Virus record (IMG/VR): IMGVR_UViG_3300032294_001260 | DNA length: 64,000 nt | From: a virus | Lineage: Duplodnaviria > Heunggongvirae > Uroviricota > Caudoviricetes | Strand: one strand, 5' to 3' | Shown here: piece after piece, positions 56,593-64,000 of the stretch | Numbering within the stretch: position 1 is the first letter of the stretch | Layout: every line of letters starts with the position of its first letter | Translations under genes and position numbers: made by a program | The notes under the pieces: model-generated | The model's database searches: none | Seen by the model: only the letters and a program-made list of their open reading frames with translations | What the model was told of the DNA's origin: nothing

Positions 56593-57492
56593 TTATTGTG
56601 CATCTATGGATTTTATGATTTCTTTTACGTTAAACAGTTCTTGATCTTCATCGAATGGATATTCGATTTCATTGCCATTGAAGTCGAAATCAAACAAATA
56701 ACTCGCTGGCAGTTTAAATTCGTATGGGATTTTGGTAGTGATATTCGTGTGAATATCATAGCCGAACACCTTCGGGCTGGTTCCGTTCCACAAAACAGTC
56801 GATGGCTTGTTCAGAGCCGCCGCAGCGTGTTGCATGCACGAGTCGATCAGCACTCGCTTTTTGCTATGAAGCAATATGCTGAAAAGTTCCATGGTGGACA
56901 ACGCCTGATTCTGAGTTGCAAAAATGTGCAATGCTCCCTTTAACTTCGGCGAATTGAGTTTCGTGATCTGGTAGACCTGATAATTTCGCTTGTAGTGATC
57001 TACAATCGCTTGTCCGACCGACTCTGGCATGTCCCTAGTCCATGCATAGGGTTTAGCGTCAGCCGACATTAGACCGCCGTTGGTCTGCAGTACCATTATG
57101 GGCTTGTTACCTTTGACCCAAAACTTTTTCGAGATGTCGTACTGCAGTTTATTGAATTTAACGGAAGGTAATTCCCCGTTATATTCTAGACCGTACAACT
57201 TGCACCAGTTCTGAATCAACGGCAACTTCTTGTGTATATGATCCGTTGTGTAGTATGGCTCGTGGTGGAAGATGATCGAGTCTTGATCGCGCACATAGTT
57301 TTGGTAAAAATATGACGTTGCGCCGATTTGATAAACTCGATCAATGTAATCGAGATTATTGAATATCTCTGGGTATGCACAAACTACGATGAGTTTTCTA
57401 TCTGGGTGATTATTCTTAATAGCCTTTGCTACGGCAGTAGCCGCCACGTGTTTACCAATACCACCCTGCACATGAAAAATACTATATTTCAT
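56593..57492 (-). CDS. GT9-like (heptosyltransferase-fold) glycosyltransferase
   Basis: GGIGK..AAT....IK..HP, IDSCMQHAAAALNKPSTVLW (cf. NDSGPMHLAAALGKP); the usual GD Asp reads K here. Confidence 0.7.
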   Translation of the reverse strand: MKYSIFHVQGGIGKHVAATAVAKAIKNNHPDRKLIVVCAYPEIFNNLDYIDRVYQIGATSYFYQNYVRDQDSIIFHHEPYYTTDHIHKKLPLIQNWCKLYGLEYNGELPSVKFNKLQYDISKKFWVKGNKPIMVLQTNGGLMSADAKPYAWTRDMPESVGQAIVDHYKRNYQVYQITKLNSPKLKGALHIFATQNQALSTMELFSILLHSKKRVLIDSCMQHAAAALNKPSTVLWNGTSPKVFGYDIHTNITTKIPYEFKLPASYLFDFDFNGNEIEYPFDEDQELFNVKEIIKSIDAQ

Positions 57493-57500
57493 AATGTTGC

Positions 57501-58778
57501 CTATGTTCTTTCGATTACCATTAATCCGTTGTTGTTTGTCCTATTTATCTTGAACTTCCAATGAGGATTTTCTATCATGAATTCAATTATGGCAGTCATG
57601 AGACCCTTTTGATCTTTCCCATCCTCACCCTTCAAACCAAACGTGTGTGTATCATGGAATGCAATGTACTTCTTAGCCTTGTTTCCGTGCAATTGCAGTT
57701 CTTTTCTCAACTGATCATACGTGTGGTAAGTGTCAATAAACAGCAAATCTGTCTCTTCTATTTCTATATTCAACACATCTTCCTTTATATATTGAACTTT
57801 CTTGCCCGCCTTTTTCGCTTTATCGAACAAGTCATAGACTCGACTGTCTATGAATAGATCGAACGCCAGCAGTTCCACATCAGCGTTTAAAAATGCTCTT
57901 GTACTCACGCCAGTCCTGACTCCCATTTCCACTACGGTCTTACACTCCTTGGCTAAATCGTATAGGATGTGTACGTTTTCATTGATGTCACTCGGAGTGT
58001 TCTTTGCATTCTCATATTCCTTCTGGAAGATGTTACTGCGTGTTCTGTCGTTCTTAAATTTGGAAATCATATTTTTCGGAATATCCCAATTGCCCGCATT
58101 CTTGAAATGATGGAACTTTAATAGATTCTTTGAGTCCAACTCTATTCTTTTGTTGACATCATTATCTGGATCTTTGAATTTCTGAAGAGTCTCAGATATT
58201 CTTCCCTTAATTTTGTTTGAGTTGATTGCGTAGACTGCTTTAGAATTCTGCGCTAAAAAGTCGTCGCCATACCAAATTTGATACAGGCTAGGTATCATTT
58301 TGTAAGTCTTTTTCAGCATGAACATGCAGATGCCGAAAGCCCACGCTTGCCCGCCTATCGGCGAAGAATCATCGTAGTTCAGTTTGACGATCTTTTCTTT
58401 GGTATTAATGTGATCGTCTATCTTATAGTTATCTTGATACCCCCGCAGATTCACTCCAATCAAATCACCGACCTTCCACTTGAAGTCACTCACCATCTCA
58501 AACACTTCATCTGCGATTGAGATGTCGTCATTCACTATGCCAAATATGTCCGAGGTACAATTACGATATCCCTCGTTCCATGCGGGATTGACGTAGATGT
58601 TTCTACCGTAACTTATCAGTTGTATCTTTTCGTGGTTTAAAATCTCTGATGCGGGTCTTTTCTTTTTGTTGTTGTCAACGACGATGATCTTGTTGATTTT
58701 AGGGCACGCCGCGTATTTTTCCAGTGAGTCGATAAACCCGTCACTGTGCCACATTGTAGGAATAACTATATCGATCAT
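57501..58778 (-). CDS. GT2 glycosyltransferase fused to a class I methyltransferase
   Basis: IVIPT, IIVVDN, YVNPAWNEG, NDDI, WYGDD; C-half VEMGVRTGVST, DLLFIDTYHTY, IAFHDT. Confidence 0.82.
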   Translation of the reverse strand: MIDIVIPTMWHSDGFIDSLEKYAACPKINKIIVVDNNKKKRPASEILNHEKIQLISYGRNIYVNPAWNEGYRNCTSDIFGIVNDDISIADEVFEMVSDFKWKVGDLIGVNLRGYQDNYKIDDHINTKEKIVKLNYDDSSPIGGQAWAFGICMFMLKKTYKMIPSLYQIWYGDDFLAQNSKAVYAINSNKIKGRISETLQKFKDPDNDVNKRIELDSKNLLKFHHFKNAGNWDIPKNMISKFKNDRTRSNIFQKEYENAKNTPSDINENVHILYDLAKECKTVVEMGVRTGVSTRAFLNADVELLAFDLFIDSRVYDLFDKAKKAGKKVQYIKEDVLNIEIEETDLLFIDTYHTYDQLRKELQLHGNKAKKYIAFHDTHTFGLKGEDGKDQKGLMTAIIEFMIENPHWKFKINRTNNNGLMVIERT

Positions 58779-59416
58779 AAGTCGTATTGTTTTTTAAAGT
58801 TACCCTTATACATCTTGTTGCCAATATGAGAAACCGTGTGCTCTGGATTCAACCAGATATCGTAACCCAACTCTTTAATTTTCTTGCACAGAGTAACGTC
58901 TTCACCGACAAAACTTCCATTCTCATACGTGTACTCACAGATATTCTTCAACTTTTTGTTTCTGAATACCAGTTCAGTATTGGACTCCCAGAGATCGATT
59001 AATACCTTTCTGGATAATTTCAAAAACCCAGTGCCACAATAGTCTATTTTGATGTAGCCGTCTGTGTCTTTTTCATATTCTTCGTTGAGCCAGATGTTGT
59101 AGTTTATATTCTTGTCGCCTTTGTTCACGACTGGAACTGCGATTACATCTTTCTCGGATTTAAGAATATCGATGAGCGTCTGATGATCCCAATACTCATC
59201 ATCGTCGATGAAAACGACTGTTTCGTAATCTTCTCTGTATGCCAATGCAAAGAGTTCATTTCGAGCCATTGGGAGTATGCTTTCGTTGGCAAGAAACACG
59301 CAATTTATATTGAAGTCGTTCTGTAAACCCAATTTTATGGATTCACATAGACTGTGTACGAAATAAGCGTCTACCTTTTGGTTGAGACACGGAGTCGCAA
59401 TTAAAACTTTCTTCAT
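58775..59416 (-). CDS. GT-A-fold glycosyltransferase-like protein
   Basis: VLIATP, NESILPMARN, VFIDDD, CGTGFL, VGEDVTLC. Confidence 0.75.
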   Translation of the reverse strand: MKKVLIATPCLNQKVDAYFVHSLCESIKLGLQNDFNINCVFLANESILPMARNELFALAYREDYETVVFIDDDEYWDHQTLIDILKSEKDVIAVPVVNKGDKNINYNIWLNEEYEKDTDGYIKIDYCGTGFLKLSRKVLIDLWESNTELVFRNKKLKNICEYTYENGSFVGEDVTLCKKIKELGYDIWLNPEHTVSHIGNKMYKGNFKKQYDL

Positions 59417-59451
59417 ACCATACCTTGCATATTTTAAAATATTGTAAGCAA

Positions 59452-59486
59452 CACCATATTATATATGGTGCGGTCAGTTAAATCAA
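59452..59486 (-). promoter_or_regulatory. sigma70 promoter for the modification cassette; -10 box inside a palindrome
   Basis: TTGATT-17-TATAAT; CACCATAT-3 nt-ATATGGTG at 59452-70. Confidence 0.7.
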
Positions 59487-59492
59487 ATATTC

Positions 59493-62369
59493 CTATCTTT
59501 GTTCCAGTACAGCAATTTTTGCTTTTAGACCATCAACTTCTCTCGAAAGTTCGTTCACGGCGTTGACCAGAACTGGAATGATATAATCTGATGTCAATTG
59601 CAATTTTTCTGGGTTGTCGTCGGATACGATGACTGGTTTATCGCCTTCGACCTCCAGAACATTCTGAGCAGAGAATCCATATCTTCTCTTGCCTTCTGGA
59701 TCAGTGATACATCCCGTAGTTCTGTCCTTGAATGCGAATTCAATTGGCTCAATATTTTGCAAGAATCCGCGTCCGTGTGGGACTTTGCCAAATATGCACT
59801 TGTCTCTTATGTCAGATACTGTGGTCCAGCCTATTTGAATTTGAGCGCAAGCATGGGAACTGTTGCCCATAATAATGCGGTTGGATTCGGTGGTTATGTT
59901 GGCGAGACCCGCAGTACCCACACCAGCATAGCATCCAAAGAATAAATTATTAGTTCCAGTAGTATTACAAAAACCAGCACACAATCCAGCAAAAAAGTTA
60001 TGGGATCCATTGGTGTTACAGAAACCAGCCCATCGACCTATAAAGTTATTATTAGATCCAGTAATGTTACATAAACCAGCAGATTGACCTATAAAGTTAT
60101 TATTAGATCCAGAGGTGTTACAGAAACCAGCACATTCACCTATAAAGTTATTATTAACCCCAGTGGTGTTACCGAAACCAGTACAGCAACCTATAAAGTT
60201 ATTATTAGATCCAGTGGTGTTACAGAAACCAGCACATTGACCGAAAAAGTTATTAGTAGATCCAGTGGTGTTGTTGCGACCAGCATATCGACCTATAAAG
60301 TTATTACCAAATCCAGTAGTATTACAAAAACCAGCGCATAGTCCAGCAAAAAAGTTATGGGATCCAGTAGTGCTACATGCACCAGCACATTGACCGAAAA
60401 AGTTATTATTAGATCCAGTAGTATTACAAAAACCAGCACATAGTCCAGCAAAAAAGTTATGGGATCCAGTGGTGTTGTTGCGGCCAGCAAATGCACCTAT
60501 AAAGTTATTATTAGATCCAGTGGTGTTGTTGCGACCAGTATATCGACCTATAAAGTTATTATAAGAACCAGTGGTATTACATATACCAGCACATTGACCA
60601 GTAAAAAAATTATGAGTTCCAGTGGTGTTACATAAACCAGCGCATTGACCTATAAAGGTATTATTAACCCCAGTGGTGTTTCGTAATCCAGCACATTGCC
60701 CAGCGAAAAAGTTATGCGATCCAATCGTATTGCAGTTCCCAGCAAATTGACCTATAAAAGTATTATTAACCCCAGTGGTGTTACCGAAACCAGCACATTG
60801 TCCAGCAAAAAAATTATGCGATCCTGCGGTGTTACATAAACCAGCAGATCGACCAAAAAAATTATTATAACATCCAGAATTTGTATTTCTTCCAGCATAA
60901 GCACCTATAAAATTATTATGTGCTCCAGTGGAGGCAAATTGGCCAGCGTAACGACCTATAAAATTATTGTTTGCTCCAGTGGTATTGCGAATACCCGCAA
61001 AACGACCAGCAAAAAAGTTAAACGATCCAGTGCTATTCCAGCAACCAGCACTAGAACCTATAAAGGTATTGTCTGTGCCAGTGGTGTTACACTGCCCAGC
61101 ACATAGACCAGCAAAAAAGTTATGGGATCCAGTTGTATTACAGAAACCAGCGCATTGACCTATGAAATTGTTATAATTGCCAGTAGTATTATTATACCCA
61201 GCACATAGACCAGCAAAAAAGTTATGGGATCCAGTGGTGTTGCTGCGACCAGAGTATCGACCTATAAAAGTATTATTAGATCCAGTGGTGTTGCTGCGAC
61301 CAGCGTAACTACCAAAGAAATTATTATCCGTCCCAATAGTATTGCATAGACCAGCATATTGACCAATAAAATTATTGCGAGAACCCGAGGTATTATATCG
61401 CCCAGATCCATAGCCTAAAAAGTTATTATGAAATCCAAAGGTGTTAGATTGACCAGCGTAAGTGCCAATAAAGTTATTGAAAGATCCAGAGATGTTAGAA
61501 AAACCTACACGCTGCCCGATAAAGTTGTTATTAGTCCCAGTGGTGTTAGATTGACCAGCGTAATCGCCAATAAAATTGTTATAACGTCCAGTGGTGTTAG
61601 AAGAACCTACACGCCGACCGAAGAAATTGTTGTGACGCCCATTGGTATTGCAACGACCAGCAGAAAAACCGAAAAAGTTATTGTAATTTCCTTCAAGATT
61701 ACTTTCACCCGCCCAACGACCAAAAAAGTTGTTATAACATCCATTGGTATTGCAACGACCAGCAGAAAAACCTAAAAAGTTATTATCAGACCCACAACTG
61801 CTAAATCCAGCACACTGTCCAGCAAAAAAATTATGGAATGCATTACTGCATTCACCAGCAGATCGACCAAAAAAATTATTGTAAGAACCTGTAGTGTTGA
61901 TGCGACCAGCATTTCGACCAAAAAAATTATTGTGTGTGCCAGTGGTGTTACAGAAACCAGCAGATGCACCTATAAAATTATTGTAATTGCCAGTTGTATT
62001 GTAGCGACCAGCATTCCCGCCAAAAAATAAATTATTAGATCCAGTATTACAACGACCCGCAGAATTTCCAATAAAGGTATTGTTAGATCCACTAATGTTA
62101 CCGAAGCCAGCCATACGACCGATAAAAGCATTACCAGTCCCAGTGGTATTATTAAAGCCAGCACATCGACCCGCAAAAGTATTATATTGTCCAATGGTAT
62201 TGCAACGACCAGCATAACGACCTATAAAAGTATTGTCTGTTCCAGTGGTGTTGCACACCCCAGCATTCTGCCCAGCAAAAAAATTACACCCCAGCAGGTT
62301 GTAATTTTTGATGTTCTGTATATCGCAATTACTTGTGATAACTGTATTTGAGCCTACATTAAATGTCAT
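59493..62369 (-). CDS. Fibre/spike protein: 14-aa Gly/Asn/Cys solenoid repeats plus C-terminal S74 chaperone
   Basis: Dozens of CNTTG.NN.FxG..AG repeats; VSDIRDK and DYIIPVLVNAVNEL coiled-coil end. Confidence 0.85.
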   Translation of the reverse strand: MTFNVGSNTVITSNCDIQNIKNYNLLGCNFFAGQNAGVCNTTGTDNTFIGRYAGRCNTIGQYNTFAGRCAGFNNTTGTGNAFIGRMAGFGNISGSNNTFIGNSAGRCNTGSNNLFFGGNAGRYNTTGNYNNFIGASAGFCNTTGTHNNFFGRNAGRINTTGSYNNFFGRSAGECSNAFHNFFAGQCAGFSSCGSDNNFLGFSAGRCNTNGCYNNFFGRWAGESNLEGNYNNFFGFSAGRCNTNGRHNNFFGRRVGSSNTTGRYNNFIGDYAGQSNTTGTNNNFIGQRVGFSNISGSFNNFIGTYAGQSNTFGFHNNFLGYGSGRYNTSGSRNNFIGQYAGLCNTIGTDNNFFGSYAGRSNTTGSNNTFIGRYSGRSNTTGSHNFFAGLCAGYNNTTGNYNNFIGQCAGFCNTTGSHNFFAGLCAGQCNTTGTDNTFIGSSAGCWNSTGSFNFFAGRFAGIRNTTGANNNFIGRYAGQFASTGAHNNFIGAYAGRNTNSGCYNNFFGRSAGLCNTAGSHNFFAGQCAGFGNTTGVNNTFIGQFAGNCNTIGSHNFFAGQCAGLRNTTGVNNTFIGQCAGLCNTTGTHNFFTGQCAGICNTTGSYNNFIGRYTGRNNTTGSNNNFIGAFAGRNNTTGSHNFFAGLCAGFCNTTGSNNNFFGQCAGACSTTGSHNFFAGLCAGFCNTTGFGNNFIGRYAGRNNTTGSTNNFFGQCAGFCNTTGSNNNFIGCCTGFGNTTGVNNNFIGECAGFCNTSGSNNNFIGQSAGLCNITGSNNNFIGRWAGFCNTNGSHNFFAGLCAGFCNTTGTNNLFFGCYAGVGTAGLANITTESNRIIMGNSSHACAQIQIGWTTVSDIRDKCIFGKVPHGRGFLQNIEPIEFAFKDRTTGCITDPEGKRRYGFSAQNVLEVEGDKPVIVSDDNPEKLQLTSDYIIPVLVNAVNELSREVDGLKAKIAVLEQR

Positions 62370-64000
62370 TTTAGTATCCTAGATCTTAGTTCTTCGACTT
62401 CTCGGTGCAGTTCTTTTATCGCTGCAATCAATACGGGAACTAAACGATCATATTGAACAGTCTTGTACTCTTTGTCTATTGCACTTGCCAAAATCACTTC
62501 GGGATAAACGTTCTCAACAGATTGAGCAGACACGCCGATATAAACCCTATCGGAATAGTCGTTCAAGAGTGATTTTGCCAAATCGTTGGTTGTATAGTAA
62601 AAAGTCTCAATTTGCTTTATATTATTTAGAGCATTGTCAATTTGTTTGATGACAGTTTTCAATCTTTCATCTGAAAACGCTGCGCTGATAGATCCAGTTG
62701 CTACGATGTTGCCGACAACGTGTAGTTTTTCTGATGGCGCTGCAGTTCCAATCCCGACATTGTCTGTCACCAATAGTCCACCAGAACTAATGTTTAACTG
62801 ACCAGTCATCGTATCGCCAGCCTTGAGAACACGATTGTTAGCGGCTGCAAACGAGTCTGTTGCTATTTTAAATAGACCGTTAGCCACGTTTGCAGAAGCG
62901 GCGGCTGACGTATTACCAGAAGCGGCATAGGTATCGTCTATACTGACTCCAGATCCAGATGCCGAGGTAAATGATATATTAGAATTAGTTCCATCTTGAG
63001 TCACAGAAACCGAGACAGTCGATGTATTATTGAACACCAATGTATTTGAGGATATGGTCGCGCCATTATTTGCCGCAACTCTGACTGCAGCATTATTGGC
63101 TGCATTGAATGCGGAGTTTGCTTGAGCATATGCAGCATTCGCTTGGCCATACGCATTCTGTGCTGTCGTGGTTGCTGTATTAGCCTGATTGTAAGCAGCG
63201 GTGATTCCAGAGCCAGCAGTGTTCACCGTAAATGTGACGTTACCATTACCAGCGGTTCCAGCGCCAACAGATACGTTTACTGTTGGACTGGTGTTAAAGT
63301 TGATCGATACCGCATTGAGAGTTGACGCCGTGTCTGCAGAAATTCTAACCGTGTTTGCAGCAGAATTTGCTTGATTGAATGCAGCCGCAACTCCAGTAGA
63401 AGTTGTGTTAACTGTAAATTCTAGATTTGACTGAACAGTACCATTAGCAGTTACGCTAACGTTTACTGTAGAAGTATTGTTGAAGTTTAAATTGCTTCTG
63501 GTCAGAATCAGGCCACCGTTAGCAAAGACTGCAACGGTGTTTGATGCGTTATTTGCCTGATTGAATGCGGCTACAATACTGGTAGAAGTCGTATTGACTG
63601 TAAACGCCACGTTTGATTGAGTGGTGCCATTAGCAGTTACGCTAACGTTTACTGTTGCGGTGTTGTTAAAGTTGATGTTGCTTCTGGTTAGAATCAGACC
63701 GCCGTTGGCAAACACTGCAACCGTGTTTGCAGCATTGTTTGCTCCGCCAAATGCGCTCTGCGCGGTGGACGTTGCGGTAGTAATACCCGCACCAGACGTA
63801 TTCACATCGAACGCGACGTTACCATTACCAGCAGTTCCAGCACCAACAGATACGTTTACTGTTGCGGTATTGCTGAAATTGATTGATACAGCATTTAATG
63901 TTGAACCAGTATTTGCTGATATTCTTACGGTGTTTGCTGCACTGTTCGCCTGAGTGAACGCTGCTACAACACCAGTAGAAGTTGTGTTGACTGTGAATTC
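62366..64000 (-). CDS. Long fibre protein, 5'-truncated; about 59-aa Asn/Thr/Ala repeats plus S74 chaperone
   Basis: Frame open from 64000; FSDERLK, GVSAQ, YDRLVPVLIAAIKEL; two repeat types (VRIS.NT.STLNAVSINF and VAVFANGGLILTRSN). Confidence 0.85.
   Translation of the reverse strand, partial: EFTVNTTSTGVVAAFTQANSAANTVRISANTGSTLNAVSINFSNTATVNVSVGAGTAGNGNVAFDVNTSGAGITTATSTAQSAFGGANNAANTVAVFANGGLILTRSNINFNNTATVNVSVTANGTTQSNVAFTVNTTSTSIVAAFNQANNASNTVAVFANGGLILTRSNLNFNNTSTVNVSVTANGTVQSNLEFTVNTTSTGVAAAFNQANSAANTVRISADTASTLNAVSINFNTSPTVNVSVGAGTAGNGNVTFTVNTAGSGITAAYNQANTATTTAQNAYGQANAAYAQANSAFNAANNAAVRVAANNGATISSNTLVFNNTSTVSVSVTQDGTNSNISFTSASGSGVSIDDTYAASGNTSAAASANVANGLFKIATDSFAAANNRVLKAGDTMTGQLNISSGGLLVTDNVGIGTAAPSEKLHVVGNIVATGSISAAFSDERLKTVIKQIDNALNNIKQIETFYYTTNDLAKSLLNDYSDRVYIGVSAQSVENVYPEVILASAIDKEYKTVQYDRLVPVLIAAIKELHREVEELRSRILK

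Noticed and set aside
59900-62300. CRISPR array or DGR template/variable repeat
   Set aside because: Repeats are in-frame 42-bp coding units with no spacers; no cas gene or reverse transcriptase in the window, and no adenine-only mismatch pair was noticed
161-63953. Plus-strand ORFs in the track generally
   Set aside because: All lie antisense to well-supported minus-strand genes and show no recognisable motifs
1-64000. Stop-codon reassignment
   Set aside because: Core genes are full length in code 11 and end in TAA, TGA or TAG; the only break (gp47) is a frameshift

Overview
A 64-kb core segment of a T4-like (myovirus) phage of the aquatic, cyanophage/pelagiphage-like type. Essentially every credible gene is on the minus strand, and standard code 11 reads cleanly. 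In genomic order the window holds: the replication/recombination block (gp41, uvsX, gp43); a glycan-enzyme cassette; a GC-rich array of translationally coupled mini-genes; auxiliary and nucleotide genes (2OG oxygenase, dCMP deaminase, Hsp20, dUTPase, methyltransferase); regA, gp62, an EndoVII-type nuclease, gp44, dsbA, gp45 and dNMP kinase; a second mini-gene array; a MoxR/CobS ATPase with its VWA partner; peptide deformylase and a GIY-YIG endonuclease; gp46/gp47/gp55/uvsW/uvsY; the virion block (gp3, gp23-gp13); a sulfotransferase/glycosyltransferase cassette; and two chaperone-capped (S74) fibre genes, the last running off the end. A proteobacterial host is inferred from sigma70 promoters with IHF boxes and an RMF-like domain. 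Most notable: (1) a separately promoted glycan/sulfate modification cassette between the neck and fibre genes; (2) mini-gene arrays joined by conserved stop/start junction sequences, including empty and truncated cassettes; (3) four copies of an IHF-box/sigma70 promoter module with exact spacing, three ending in a leaderless ATG; (4) a +1 frameshift (UUU_CGG) in the first catalytic motif of gp47; (5) a four-way-junction RNA candidate upstream of the clamp loader; (6) probable capsid-packaged effectors (an ADP-ribosyltransferase with a T4 capsid-targeting sequence, an RMF-like domain fused to gp67, a HEAT-like repeat protein). All family assignments come from recognising motifs by eye; no database search was run.
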